Notes: generated by a model not told the origin, from the sequence alone. A stretch of DNA of 63,913 nt, filler included, from Octopus bimaculoides (GCF_001194135.2; 6 parts of 5 records of this genome joined end to end with filler, not necessarily neighbours in it); one strand, 5' to 3'. Numbered from the whole stretch's first letter, positions 22,945 to 37,032 are shown. A program made the numbers and translations.

Positions 22945-25900
22945 GTTCATTCCCCCGTTGGGGGGTAGAATGTCGTCTGGCGGAGAGCCTAGCATTGAAA
23001 CAGAAATGTTTGTTTCCCCCGTTGGGAGGAAGAATTACATGCCGTCTGGCGAGGAGCCAACTACTGATAAAGAAATTTTTGAATCCCCCGTTAGGAGGAA
23101 GAATTACATGTCATCGACCACTGAAAATGAAATTTTTGATTTCCCCGTTGCAAAGAAGAATTATGAAATGTTTGAATTATTTGAAGATGTGCCAGAAAGC
23201 TCACCAGAGCTTTCACAAGAATTCCCGAGTTAGCCAAAAAACAAAAGTATTGTGTCTAAAAGAATAATTGATGCACCTAGCATTCAAGTCGAAGAACTGA
23301 AAGAAGGAAAAAAAAGTTTTGCGTCGGCAACCGGGGATAGAACCCGGCTGCTTTCGACGAACAAGTGTGATTTCAAGAAATACAGTGAACTGATACAAAT
23401 AAACGATAATGTGGTTAAAATACAACAACCAGAAAAATTATTTTTAGAAGGAAAACAGAAAACAATCATATTCAAAACATACTGTTTGGAAAAAATAAAA
23501 ATTGAGAAAATTACAGAAGAGAAGATAGGGAAGTGCTTGAAGCCAATCTAGAGCGACGTGGTTTATCTGACAAGAGACAGGAAATTTGGAACGGTAAAAG
23601 TAAGGTTTACCAACAAAGAAGAAGAAAAAGAATACAATTAGCAACTCAACCGACGGTGGTGACTACGACAGGCCAACGACCAAAAAAGATTGCCAGAAGA
23701 GAAAAAGAGGAAAAAGGCATAATAGCCGTATATACTAAAGATACCGAGCTATTGAGAAACATTTAATTGATACAGACTGCAAAATAAATTGATAACATTC
23801 CGCAGAAATTTACCAACTATGATGTGTATGAAGTCTCAAATAAGACTCATAGAATTTTACAGAACAAATATCGTAAGACAGTAAGTATCTCCAATGAGAA
23901 TGGACTTTAATAATTCTATATTTCATGGATTACCGGCCCGATCCTGCGAGAGGAAGAAAAGGTGAAGACTCCCCCTTCACCTGACAATTCAAATTAAAAA
24001 GGTAAGACAACTTTATAGCTATTCACATTGGTTGTTTGAATGTACGTGACCTGATGTCGAGCTGGAAGCAAGGACGCTTCCTAAATGACATCAGGTCACG
24101 GGATTTAAATGTAATTGTTGCTACAGAAACCTGGTTGAGAGGGTCAAGAGATCTGCACCCTCTCCTGAACGGCTACGAGAAATACGTTTCTCCGAGCGGG
24201 AGGTAGGAGTGGGGTGTTGGTCTTATTAAAAAGAAACAGGGCTTCCGAGAAAAAGTTGATTTTTTCTGATCCAGAAGGCAGGCTGGTCGTTCTGTACTTG
24301 ACTGCGGCAAGACAGTCAGGCTGGTTGCAGTTTATGCACCCAATCTTATTGGTCCAGAAAGTGAATATTTTCGTGACCTAGGGAAATTTCTAGCCACGTA
24401 GCATTCTTTAGTTCTGTTAGGAGACTTTAACACAATCTGCAATGCGCGCGTAGATTGTGTTGGCTCGAGACCGGATAGGACATGTAACCCTGGTTATCGG
24501 GATCTGCTAAGCTATTTCCCGCTAGCAGACCCATATAGGTTGGAACACCCGGACGCTATTTAGATAGGATTTTGATTAGAAAGGTAGATAAAAATATAGT
24601 TAAGTGTCCACAGTTTTATCCAGTCAGCTACAATGACCACAAGATGGTTACCTGTAAGATGAACATAGATAAGATGCATAGACAGGGATCTGGCTACTGG
24701 AAACTCAAAACGTCCCTTTTGGCGATTGAGGAGTACAGAAAGCGGATTAAGCAGTTAATTTCAGAGGACGTTAACAGGTACCATCATTAATAACAAATGG
24801 TGGTACGCCCTAAAACGATATAGCATAGACCTAGTCAAAAGGGAACGTAAGAAAAGAAATGGTCTAGTTAAGAATTTAGAGGAAACCATGAGGTCTGGCA
24901 ATGCAGACCAAGTGAAGGTGAAGAGACTAAAATTGAACCAGCACCCCGAAACCCAACACATGGGGTGCCTTGTCAGAGCTAAAATGCGTGAAATGGACTG
25001 TGAAGGAATCGAGGCAGCTAGATGGGCCAGAGCGGTGGAAGCTCAACGTGGAAATGACTCCACTATTCGGTCTATAGTGAAGCATCAAGGTATATTGGTA
25101 AACGAACCCGAGGAAATGTGTGAGGCCTTTCAGGAGTACTTCACCCGGCTTCCTTGCCGGGCTGCCGCGCCTCTCGGGGGACGGATGCGGAGTTTTGTGA
25201 AGGGCCGATCACGCCTGGGAAGGTGATTGAGTCTATGGCGGACTGTGGCGTGGTTAGGTCGCCAGGACTGGATGGTCTTCCCTACGAGCTGTATAAGTGT
25301 ATGCCAGACTTGTTCGGGCACCTGCTGGTCAATGTGTACGCGAACTGGCAACAGAATGGGTTTATCTCCAGATCTGTACGCCGGGGAGTGGTGACACTGG
25401 TCAGAAAAGACCCGGACAAGGGCAACTCCTTAGATAATTTCAGGCCCATCACTCTGTTAAATGCAGAAGTGAAGATTTGGGCCAGGGTATTAGCAAAAAG
25501 GTTGGCGCGTGTCGCGGATGGTCTGATCGGCGGGGCACAGACATGTGCCATTCCCGGCAGAACCATTCAGGATAATCTCCACCTTATCCGCTATACCTTA
25601 GAGAGGTTTGGAGATAAATCTGGCAGAGATGGGGCTTTGGTACATTTAGATCAATCTAAAGCTTTCGATAGGGTTGACTATCGGTACCTGGTGGCTGTTC
25701 TTGCGCCGTTAAGCCTGGGTTTTGGCTTCCATAGGTGGATCATTCAATTGTATCACAACATTGATTCGATGGTTCGCGTGAACGGTTTTCTCTCAAAGCC
25801 GTTCTTTATCAAATGCTCGGTTCGCCAAGGATGTCCGCCCTCGCCACTTTTGTATGTGGTGGCTCTCGAGTCGCTACTGCGAAGGTTGAGTGGCAACCCG

Positions 25901-27161
25901 AGAGAGCCAGGATATGAGGAATTTGTTTCAGCATCGGTCATTACCTACCGCCTGACCGTCGTTTCTTGCCCGAATTCATGGTTAATCAAGTTGGAGAGAC
26001 AGCTCTTCCGCTTTTTGTGGAAGAACACGTCGCCACTTGTGAGACGCTCTATCTGTTGTCAAAGACCGTTAAAGTCAGGATTAGGAATGCTTTGGTTGAT
26101 GATGCGCATACATGCGCTGAGGTTGAGGCTTCTCTGGATTCTCCTGGATGGTGAACGGGTGTGGTCTCCGTTAGCAAGGCAGATGTTCCCCGAGTTCTCT
26201 AGTTTTTGCGGACGGGAAGACTGATGCTTTCGTAGATCGAGGTTGAGTGCATGGCATACGGAGTACCGTAAGACCCTCTTGCTATTTCGGCGCTCGGCTA
26301 ATGCCAGCGGTGGGGGTTCTACAACATTCTTCTATAGAGGGTTAGTAGAGGCTGAATGTGACGATGGCTGGGGGAGACTCTGGGTTTCGGGTACATTCAA
26401 CTTGACAGCCTGTTCCTTCGTACGTTCGGGTTGAGGTCGTTGGATAATTTCCAAAAGTCCTTGACCTGGCAATGTTACAGAAGTGATTTGCCCGTTTGGG
26501 ATATGCTTGCAAGCTTATCCCAATCACCGACCTGTCCAAGATGTGTGCGGGATAGATAAACCGTCCCGCACGCTATTTTTCAGTGTCCAGAAGTATCGGA
26601 AATGTGGGCTTATGCGGAACACTTGTTGTCCGGCACAGGGAGAGTACAGCTGTCGGCTGAGTCAATCATAAAAATTGACCCACCTGGATTTTTAACAAAT
26701 GAAGTTAAGAATTGCTTTCTCATCGCAGTAGCAACAGCGAAAGAGGCGATGTGGAAGACAAGGATGAAAGGAGTCAAGACAGGTAGCTTTATCTCCGGCC
26801 GCGCCTTACAAAGGTATTTCACTTTTCATCTGAAAAGGAAAGTGTGGCTGGAGAAGAGGTGTCTATCGGAGAAAATGTTCAACGAAAGATGGAAATATGT
26901 AGCACGAGTGTTGCGAGTGATTGGAACCTCGTGAATATGCTATAAAGTGTCAAAAAAGTGGTGGACTGGGGCTCGTGGGGTCGGGGCTGAACCCAAACAC
27001 CACTCCATTTGTATTGTCCTTTTGTAATGTATAATAATTCGTTTATATATGCTTTAATTTTTAACTTCATTTTTATTGTAATTACATATCGAACATCTGA
27101 CCCCAAATCAGGTTATGTTGTTCCCATCTTTGTCAGCCCCTAGTGGGCAATAAAGAAATAT
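22945..27161 (+). mobile_element. Near full-length decayed L1/Tx1-type LINE
   Basis: ORF1 remnants 22945-23770; APE IHIGCLNVRDL..ATETW from ~24030; RT SPGLDGLPYE, DNFRPITLLN, HLDQSKAFDRV, VRQGCP; C-terminus to 26934; 3' end gggcaataaagaaata. Confidence 0.9.
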
Positions 27162-27169
27162 TTCATAGT

Positions 27170-27870
27170 CTTTATAAAGAAATAACGACTTACCACTTCT
27201 TCTTTTCCATAATTCACCACCGAGGCGCGAAGTTCAACATCCACCTCCAGCCCCAGTGGATTCGCTCTTTCATAATGTCTTTCAATTTTGAAATTCTTTT
27301 AACTTTTGGGTGTCCTATTTTTCACCATAATTTTAACTTTTGTTTGTGTCTTGCATGTTGGCGTTTCTTGTCTCTGTATTTCTGCAATCCTTGGCCTTCC
27401 TGTGATTGTATTCGTGTGTCTGTGTGTTCGTTTGACTATTATTCTGCGTGTTTCGTCTGTGTGTCTATGTCTTTAGGTTTCCGTAATTCTGAGTTATCTT
27501 GTTTCTTGTTCGTCTATACTTCGGTGTTTTTTCATGTCTATGTGTTTGTGTGTCTGCGGGTCTGAATGTTTCTGTACTTGTAATTCCTTTACTAGTGATC
27601 CTACTGGTAAATCTTCCCTGTTTCTCGTCGTAGGTTGGGTTACCTCTTCCATAGCTTTGTACTTCTTCTGTTCTACTATCGTTGGTGACTTCCTCCTCTC
27701 TCTCTTTTTCTTGCTTTCACCTCCGGAAAATTTCCGTCTTGTTCTGCTATCTGTTTCTGCTAATTGCCATAGAGAAAGAGATAAATTCTTGGAAATCAGC
27801 TTTGACTGCTTTGTAAAGCTATTATTCTTTATTTATGCCACTAATATTCCTGAACCAAAGTAAGGTAAGG
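27170..27870 (-). mobile_element. Probable ORF1 C-terminal fragment of another L1/Tx1-like element
   Basis: K/E/R/T-rich reading frames resembling those at 6300-6700 and 20538-21068; ends GTGGTAAGTC like the other ORF1/ORF2 junctions. Confidence 0.4.
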
Positions 27871-28362
27871 GCATTTGTGTCGAGTGAAAGAGAAACTAAC
27901 ATTTAACTGAGTTTCTTCAGATTTATGGTGGATTTAGCCAAGTGACTTTAATCCATTCTACTGATATCTATTTTACTGATCCACATAATGAAAGGCAAAG
28001 TCAGGTCTACGCAGTGTGATAAAGTTGTTGCTAGAATACTTGATGAAATAAACCATGAGATTTTAATTATTTAAAATTTTACTAAAAACAATTCTCAAAA
28101 AAAGATAAGAGAGATATCTTCAACATTTAAATTAATCGAAATATTAAATATTAATGCGGTGTGAAGGGAATCTGATGATCTTGAGCAGTATGATGATAAT
28201 ATCAGACATGTTCTGGCTTTATTAGACTTCCTCAAGGAAACATAATCTAATCATGTACTACATATCTTAAATGAAGTATATATAAAAGTTAAAACAAATA
28301 CCGCATATGTTTTCTCCGATGCTTTAACAGTTCTTACAAACAACCACCCTATTTCTAATGTA

Positions 28363-28572
28363 GACAAAAATTGTAGTGGAGAAGTCGATTAAATCAACCT
28401 TTGTACTCGACTGGCACTTTATTTTATCGACCCCAGAGGAATGAAATGCAAAGTTAACCTCGATTTGATTTGAACTCAATGGTATCAAATCGAGCAAAAT
28501 TTTAACTCAGAACGTACAAAGACAACTAGATATGGCAAAGCGTTAGGTTGGTCCATTACATTCACTCTGCCA
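28363..28572 (-). mobile_element. Degenerate SINE family A copy
   Basis: ttttatcgacccc..aatgaaatgcaaagttaacctc..aactcagaacgt. Confidence 0.6.
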
Positions 28573-29727
28573 TATATTGCCATAAATTATTCAATAATAT
28601 TGACACTAATCTATAAAAAATATCTATTTAACGATCAATGTTTGTCTAGAAACTGAGATTCCACTTTAATCTTGAAATGATTTTTTTATCCGAAAAACGC
28701 CATCTTTTGGTGGTAAATATTATCAATAACGACATATAACTTCAAAAATGGGAATTAAAAAATGGATCAGAATGGACAGAATTCTTAATCAGACAATAAC
28801 CCTGATGTAGTGATAATCAGATACGAGGAACTGAATCTGATATCTTAATTATGAATTTCTTCTCTTTTTAATAGTTTATTCGATTCTACACGTAACTTTC
28901 AGTTAGGCAATGAAATTGACTATTAGAGCTTACTAGAGGGTTTCAAGTTGTTATCTCCAAGTAGGAATGACTCCTGAAATGTTTTAGCGTTCAGAAATAG
29001 CAGATATAATATTCATATCCATTATAAAGAGAGGAAATGAAGAGGGATACAATCAAGAGTAAAAGCTTGGCCTAGACCTGCTGGAGGCTTACCTTTTATT
29101 CTATAATGGGGTAGAAAATAGTTTATTGAATTGTTTTATGTAAATTAATTTCACACTGGTCCTCTATTTTTAATGGGTTAAACACATGAATGTTCTCTAA
29201 CGACTCAACATGTTACCATAGTAAGGAAAGCGAGGAAAGAGAACAGAAAAACAGTCGGAAAAATCGTCCAAATTTAAATGCGTGGGTCTTCACTTACTTA
29301 AGTGCTGTTACAACAGAATTTGAAATTCCTTATACCATTTTTTTTTATGATATCGTAGAGGTATTATACAGTAATCGTTGCTATTTGAGCGCTTTTAGAA
29401 ATGTAATGCAAATCTAATTACATTTTTGCGGATGAATCATTACTTAGGTGTTCAGAAAAATGCGTATAGCATAAAAATGATTCTCTGAAAAGTTTATTAC
29501 CTTAATACTTAGAAAATAACAATTGACAGTTCAGCTCTAAAACATGAAAGTAGGGGGAGATAGTTGAGTGTTGGAACGAAATACACGCCGCTTCAAGAAA
29601 GAGTTAGGAATGAATGGCATAGAAGATTTAAACCAGATAAAAAAATACAAATTTAACAATTTGACACGGAGTTACTGTGGAAAATGAACAGTAGTCCCTA
29701 CATAGCTACTGACCCACTACTCACCCC

Positions 29728-29731
<4 letters not shown>

Positions 29732-29814
<83 letters not shown>
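29732..29814. repeat. (AC)n microsatellite
   Basis: Direct reading. Confidence 0.95.
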
Positions 29815-29817
<3 letters not shown>

Positions 29818-30081
29818 GCTATCAATCGGCGGCTGAAAAACTCCGAAACATTACGCCAGGCAGAAGTCTCTTCCGTATTTTTTCCGTACATCGAATGCAT
29901 ACAAAGAATGTGTTTATACTTTTATAATTTCCTTTCACAGCTAACGGTTTTCAGTTTATGATATACGTATAAACAGATGCTGTTACACACACACTCCCAA
30001 ACACACACACACACTAAATAATATTGTAATGCATGGACATGTTAATCATTGACAACAATCATGCATACATACATATACACA

Positions 30082-30290
30082 GTCGATGAGGGGAGCCTCT
30101 GCGTAGAAGCTCGACCAGCTATAAATAATAGCCAAATCGCTCTCATATTACGCACCACTATAAAAATAAAACATGCATGTATAAGATAATGTAGTTCTAA
30201 ATACACAGTATCTGAAAGAATGATGGAATTGTTATGCGATAGACCTACTCGAGCGAGTCTGATCTAGAGCGAATCAACCACAGCAACAAC
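30082..30290 (+). repeat. Unclassified dispersed repeat (related inverted fragment ~36070-36125)
   Basis: ctctgcgtagaagctcgaccagctataaataatagccaaatc resembles the reverse complement of gatattgctgctatttctctaacagatcaactaaccatgtagac. Confidence 0.35.
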
Positions 30291-32607
30291 ATAAATGACA
30301 AATTTTCCACTTTGTAAGAGTAATTTACCCAGTATTTCTGCTGTTGTAACGACAATTCTACGTTCGAAAAATATCTTATTTGTATCGTACACTACACATT
30401 TCGACGCTTATAAAAAAGCAAATGCTAGTTTATATATATATATATATATATATATNNNNNNNNNNNNNNNNNNNNNNNNNNNNNNNNNNNNNNNNNNNNT
30501 TAATTAATTAANNNNNNNNNNNNNNNNNNNNNNNNNNNNNNNNNNNNNNNNNNNNGTACATATACACACATAGATATATATATATGCACACATATATATA
30601 CATATATATATGTACAAACATATATGTATGTACATATATGTACATACATATATGGATATTTTAACACCAGGTTTTCTTTGTTCTTCTGTCCTTCTTTTGT
30701 AATAGATTAAATAGGTCTGAACAATCAAAATTGACACGAATGCTTAGTTATCAAAACTGTCATTCATCTACTGGTCTGTGCATAATTATAAACCTTTTCT
30801 TCTTTTTATTAAATCTTTGGAATAATTATTTTCCATGATTTTTTACCTAATAATATATTCATCAAGGTAATATGTGAAAAGCAACTCAAATTTAAGATAA
30901 TGTTTTAGCCAAGAAATTTGTGAAGGTATTTTCAAATTCAGCCTGAAGCAATCCACTTTGATTCATTTATGTCTTGAGGAAGTTATGACTCTCATAACAT
31001 ACAAATTCTCTCCATTTTCTAAAAATTTATGGTTCTTGTGAATAGACAGAACGAGCCAATATCAGGCTTTGATATCTGTTAATCAAGACAAAGTTTGTTA
31101 TATTGCTTATTTGTTATTTATGTCCCCTCTTTTATTTTATACACATGTGAACATGTTCGTGAGAGATTATGTACTTGTGTATATGTAAATTTCATGATTG
31201 TGTGTTATTTGTAAGTATGTACGTATGTAGATAGGAACTGGGGTATGTTTATGAAATACATGGATAACCTTCTTCCAATAAGCCAATCTATCTCCATAAT
31301 TTTATATGGATCAGTGTTTAAAATATTGAAGGTATAAAGCAGCACAGTAATAATATAACCCAGTCTTTCAGGATGGTCTGAATAGTAACAATGAGCAAAT
31401 TTTCCAAATTTAAAACTCATTGATATATATATGGAAATATGGTTGTTTTGAACTTGAGCAACATCATAGGGGGAAAGGATATGTAATCCATGTTCTAAAT
31501 TGTAATTTAACAGTGTTAACCATTTTTTTAACCAAAGTAGTTTGTGATAAATATCATAAAAATATAACCAACAAAATCTGGTGGGACTAACATTGATTTA
31601 TGTTGTCATAAGTCATCAGAATATAAAGCAAACACAGAAATTTGTTGGTCTATTGTGAGGAGAAACATTTGAGCATGTACCAACAGTATATCTAACATTC
31701 TGGGTAGAGTCTTTCATTAATAAATGTTTTTAAATATATCACATGGCACATAGATTTTTGTTTTGCTTTTTTCATTAAAACTGTACCTTGAACATCACAG
31801 GCATATGTGTCGTAAAACCTTTCCTTGGTTATCATACACTGCCTCAATTTGTCACCCATTTCATACTGTCATTTCATTTTAATAGTAAATCAGCCTTAAT
31901 CATCATATACTAGCTCTGTTATATTTCCTTTTGTGTAGTAAAATTGTGCCTTGGTAATATTTCCTTTCAAAGAGTAAGACTGAACCTCCGTCATCATATA
32001 CTGCCTCTTATATAGCAAAACTGTTTCTTCATTGTCATTTATTGCTTCTTCAAGATGTTTACTTTTGTGTAATAAATCTATACCTTTGTCATCACACAGT
32101 CCTTAGCCCTCACCCCTCTCACAGTCCTTAGCCCTCACCATATTTGCAAGTTTCATTGGAAACATACAAGTCTCTATTGATTGGAAGGGTATAAAGAAAT
32201 TTTTCCCAAATGATATTCACTTATTATTAGTTTGTTTTTGCTTCATATGTATATCTATATTTGTATTTTTGTAAGAACAGACTTTCTTTCTTCTACTGCA
32301 CTGGTTATTTTACCGAGTCTCCTACATATAATCCAAGCCTTTTGTTTCAAGGTCAGATGGTTTCCTTTTACTACTAGGCATGTAACACATCACTGTTACC
32401 TGTCTAATGGTAGAACAGTCTTGCTATTAAGGTGCCAATTATTCTATCTAGGCTAAATGATTGCCCCTCTGGAGCCTGATTATTTTTTATTCTGGTTATG
32501 TGCTTGCCATTTTGGAGTTACATATCATCCCTTTATCTTAGACATCAGCCTGTGATTTCTATGTATGTGTGTGTGTGTATGTGTGTGTGTACCTCTGTGT
32601 GTGTGTG

Positions 32608-32642
<35 letters not shown>

Positions 32643-33140
32643 AAATGGTGTTGTCATTATCAGAGTTTCTTCTTCTATCTGTGACTATCACACCTTTCAT
32701 CGACTATCTAGGTGCACATTATTTAGTGTGTCACTTCTTTTCAAGACTGTGGAACATGGTTTGAGGGGTTTTAGCTGCTATTTCTTGTGGATTGCACAAT
32801 CATAGAAAGGCTCTGTCATCTCATTTGCTCATTTGATGAGCATATTGTTATATTGTCTTAAGATGTACACTTCAAAAGATGTCTCCATTTTGAAGATGAC
32901 CTTGGCCTTAGATTTGTTAAAGGGATTTTAATTATGTAGTCACTTGACTACACCTTAGAGATAAAGTAAAATTCCCTTATTCATTTACCTGGCCTGTATT
33001 CAGAGAAATATTAATAGGTGAGATTATCTGAATTGACTTGGAAGAACTTAAAAAACAAGACCAAACACAACATGATAACAATGTTATAACAAGTAATAAC
33101 ACCAACAACAACAGCAATAATAATAATAATAATAATGATA

Positions 33141-33170
<30 letters not shown>

Positions 33171-33173
<3 letters not shown>

Positions 33174-33420
33174 TTTTATAGGATTGAGGTAACTCCTCCA
33201 ATAGGTATACAGAAGCAAAAAAAGAAGAGTGCCTTTATTATCAAGTGAATGATATTTCAGCATCTGGTGTACCTTCCACAGGTTCAAAAAATAAACTTGT
33301 CAATCTACTTCATTTTTGTTAATATTTTATAGGATTGAGGTAACTCCTCCAGTAGGTATACAGAAGCAAAAAAAAAAAAGAAAGAAGATAACAATGGCAC
33401 TCTTATTTTTTTTTGTTGCT
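33171..33420 (-). repeat. 151-nt-period HHR-bearing repeat, second locus, flanked by (AAT)n
   Basis: atattttataggattgaggtaactcctcc at 33171 and 33322; inverted fragment ggcactcttatttttttttgttgctt at the right end. Confidence 0.8.
33246..33286 (-). ncRNA. Minimal type I hammerhead motif (core A6 to U)
   Basis: TGAAC-CTGTGGA-A-GGTA[CACCAGA]TGCT-GAAA-TA-TC-ATTCA. Confidence 0.6.
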
Positions 33421-33426
33421 TTTACT

Positions 33427-33486
<60 letters not shown>

Positions 33487-33514
33487 GCAGCAACAATAAT
33501 AATATTCATAATTG

Positions 33515-33947
33515 TTTTTCTAATTTGAGGGGTGGTGGGGCAGTCAGTACAGTCAACCTCAGTATTTGACAGATGTTTTATTTATTGATCCCCAAAGGGA
33601 TGAAAAGAAAAATTAACCTCAACAAGATTTGAACTCAGAATGCAGAGAGTCAGAAGAAATGAATTTTTTCCAACACTTTAATGATTCTGCCAATTTGCCA
33701 CCTAATAACAACAACAACAACAACAACAACAGTAATAGTAGTAATAATAATCCGTTCTACTATAGGTATCAGGCCTGAACATTTTGAGGGGAGGGTGTTA
33801 GTCAACTACATCAACCCAAATTGTTCTTATTTTATTGACCTCCAAAAGGTAAAGTTGACCTCAGTGACATTTGAACTCAGAACCTGAAGCCAGAAGAAAT
33901 GCCAGGCATTTTGTCTGGTGTAGTAACAATGTGGCTAGCTCACTGAC

Positions 33948-34000
<53 letters not shown>

Positions 34001-34212
34001 TCTTTCTACTATAGGCACAAGGCCTGAAATCTGGGGGAAGGGAATGAGTCGATTATATCAATGCAGTGTGAAACTGGTACTTAATTTATCAACCCCTGAA
34101 AGGATAAACGGCAAAGTCAACCCCTGCGGCATTTGAACTCAAAACGTAAATTCAGACGAATTACCGCTAGGCATTTCACCTGGCATGCTAATGATTCTAC
34201 CAACTTGCCACC

Positions 34213-34257
<45 letters not shown>

Positions 34258-35230
34258 TGATGATAATGATAATAATGATAATTACGATTTGAAATTTTTG
34301 CCACAAGGGCAGCTTGCGAGAGGGGATTAAGTTGATTACATTGTCTCCAGTGTGTAACTGGTACTTAATTTATCGACCCCAAAAGGATGAAAGGCAAAGT
34401 TGACCTTGGTGGTATTTGAACTCAGAAGGTAGCGATGGGCAAAATACCGCTAAGCATTCTGTGCAGCATGCTAACAATTCTGTCAGCTTGGTGCCTTAAT
34501 AATAACAATAACAATAACAATAACAATAATAATGGTTTCAAATTTTGGTATTAGGCCAGCAATTTTAGGGGAGGGATGAGTCGATTACATTGACCCCAGT
34601 GTTCAATTGGTACTTATTTTATCATCTCCAAAAGGATGAACGGAAAAGTCAACCTCAACAGAATTTTGAACTCAGAACGTAAAGACAGAGGAAATGCCAC
34701 TAAGATTTTCACCCAGCGTGCCAACGATTCTGCCAGCTCACCATCTTAATAATAATAATAAACCTTTCTACTGGAAGCACAAGGCTTCAAATTTTGAGGG
34801 AAAGGATTAAGTTGATTACATTGACCCAGTAAGTAACTGGTACTAATTTTATCGACCCCAGTGGAATTTGAACTCAAAATCCTAATAGCAGACAAAATAC
34901 TGCTAAGCATTTCGCTCAGCATGCTAATGATTCTGCCAGCTCACTGCCTTAATAGTAATAATAATGATAATAATAATAATAATAGTAATAGCAATACTCG
35001 TAATGATTGTTATAATGTTGATTTCTAACCTGGGTGCACAAAGGGAAAAAAATTTGGATAGAATGGGCTATATAATCGGAATATAGTTGATGATATTTTT
35101 CCAAGGACTTCAGTGGTATTTTATTTTATTGACCCTGAAGAAATGATTGGCAAGGATGAGCACCAAATTCAAAATTAGAATGCAATGAAACTTAACTAAA
35201 GGAGATATGGCATTTTGATTGCTGCCTTAC
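33515..35230 (-). mobile_element. Head-to-tail array of ~7 SINE family A copies separated by (AAT)n
   Basis: Units at about 33515-33702, 33750-33950, 34000-34213, 34282-34498, 34531-34748, 34760-34950, 34995-35230, each with tttgaactca (B box, reverse) and ccagctc/ttgccacct heads. Confidence 0.85.
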
Positions 35231-37032
35231 CGATCTTGTGAACCCACAGCCCGTGTCATTATAATAAAATAACTATCATAAGATTAATAATTATAACATA
35301 TTATCATAATTGTAACATATTTATTATGTAATATATTATATGTAGTCAACCCCAATCATTAATGCTGTGTCTGAGAAGTATAATAAAATTAATAATATAA
35401 ACTTTTATGAAGAAAAGAAAAGCAAAAAACAGAAACGAGAACAACAATAACCCTAACCAAATCATTGCTTTTAATGTTTTTAGTTTTTAAAGCAAAACCA
35501 AACTTTTGAGATATTGAAATATATTAAACTCATTAAATATCTCTCTAAAATAATAAACAAGAAACACACATACAATAGTGCACATAATAACAACAACAGC
35601 AACAGTAATAAAAGCTATAGAAGTTTAACAGTTATTAATTTGTTTTGACAAGAAAGAGGCTCAGTTTTCATCAAATTCTTGGCTGATAGATTTGATTGAT
35701 TTATTTGAACTGACATTGGCAAATGTATCTAACTCTCACTGGCTCAGTCCACTAAGCTCTAGAGTGGCTTCATAATATACAGGAAGGAATTGCTGTATGT
35801 CTAATGCATACTTTAATAGCTTTGCAGTACCATTTTGATTAATAGTTGTTGTTGTTGGTGGTGGTGGACATCTTCCCTCTTATCTCCTCTACAATTCTGA
35901 GTTAGATAATTTATTTTACTGACGATTCCAACCAGAAAAAAACATATAAATATACCCAGAAAATTTTTGTAACAACTTAAAAAAATTAGAAATCGTTATT
36001 TGAATGCTAAAATTTTGTATAAAGACATTCTATTGTTGTTCTTTCATCAAAAGTCAAGCTTGACTAAACAGAGATATTGCTGCTATTTCTCTAACAGATC
36101 AACTAACCATGTAGACATTCCCTAAATGTATTAATTGGTTATATTATGCAGTATATTCTAATGAAACCAAGAGAAATTTGACCAGTCTCTCTCCTTACAC
36201 TTACTTCTATATTATAGAGATGCATTGATTAAAAAGGCCCAAATTGTATTGTAAGCCGCAAGTTTTGAAATTGCACAAAATAATTAATCCAGATAGGATT
36301 ATTATCACAGTTGTAAATAACATTCAGCTGTAGGAAATAATAGCTTATCACCCATTTCCTTTGGACCTTACAATGTCAAATACCTATTTTCATTGGAAAT
36401 CATAAGAGGAAACCAGCAGTTGAGATACTTTGCTCCATACAAAAGCTGCAGACACTACTCAAAGGTTTTGCAAGCTCTTCTTCCAAATGTACTACAATGC
36501 TGGAAACCTTCCGAATTGTCAGCAGGCATCTCAGGGTCAAAAGTGTTTGGCCCTTAATGTGTAGGCTTCACCTGTGTAGGGAAGCAAGGCCTGAATTAGT
36601 TTCCACCCGTGGAAGGATTCCACTTACAATCTCTTACCAACCACAGCCTACATGAGCTGGTTATATTATGCATTCATTTATAAATACATTCAAGGAAGGT
36701 TTATCAATTATAAATGTTACATGGGCTAGACATAAACGTATATAACATACATTTATATGTATATAATTAACTTGTGTGCTGCTATACTGACTGGATGACA
36801 AACTATGATATAAAAATAAAAATAGCAGAAAAAAATATATTTAAGTATCTAATTTGAGAGAGAATAGAAGAAAATTGGTTAGCTCTCTGGTAACACAACT
36901 GCCTGACAAGACATAGAAACATGGTTCAAATCTTGCTAGTGAGCTGTTTCTGTTTTCTCTCTCAAACTGGTGTTATTTTATAACGACAAATATCACTATA
37001 AATCTACATACATATATTGATATATACGTGTG

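Noticed and set aside
28172-28200. CTGATGA motif
   Set aside because: No stem II or GAAA downstream
31800-32140. Recurrent tcatatactgcctc and cacagtccttagccctcacc words
   Set aside because: Short degenerate local duplications without further structure
33515-35230. CRISPR-like regular repeats
   Set aside because: Units are ~200-bp diverged SINEs with microsatellite spacers in a eukaryotic context; no cas genes
35730-36655. Protein-like open stretches (minus ~35730-35860, plus ~36340-36655)
   Set aside because: No acceptor context or recognisable family
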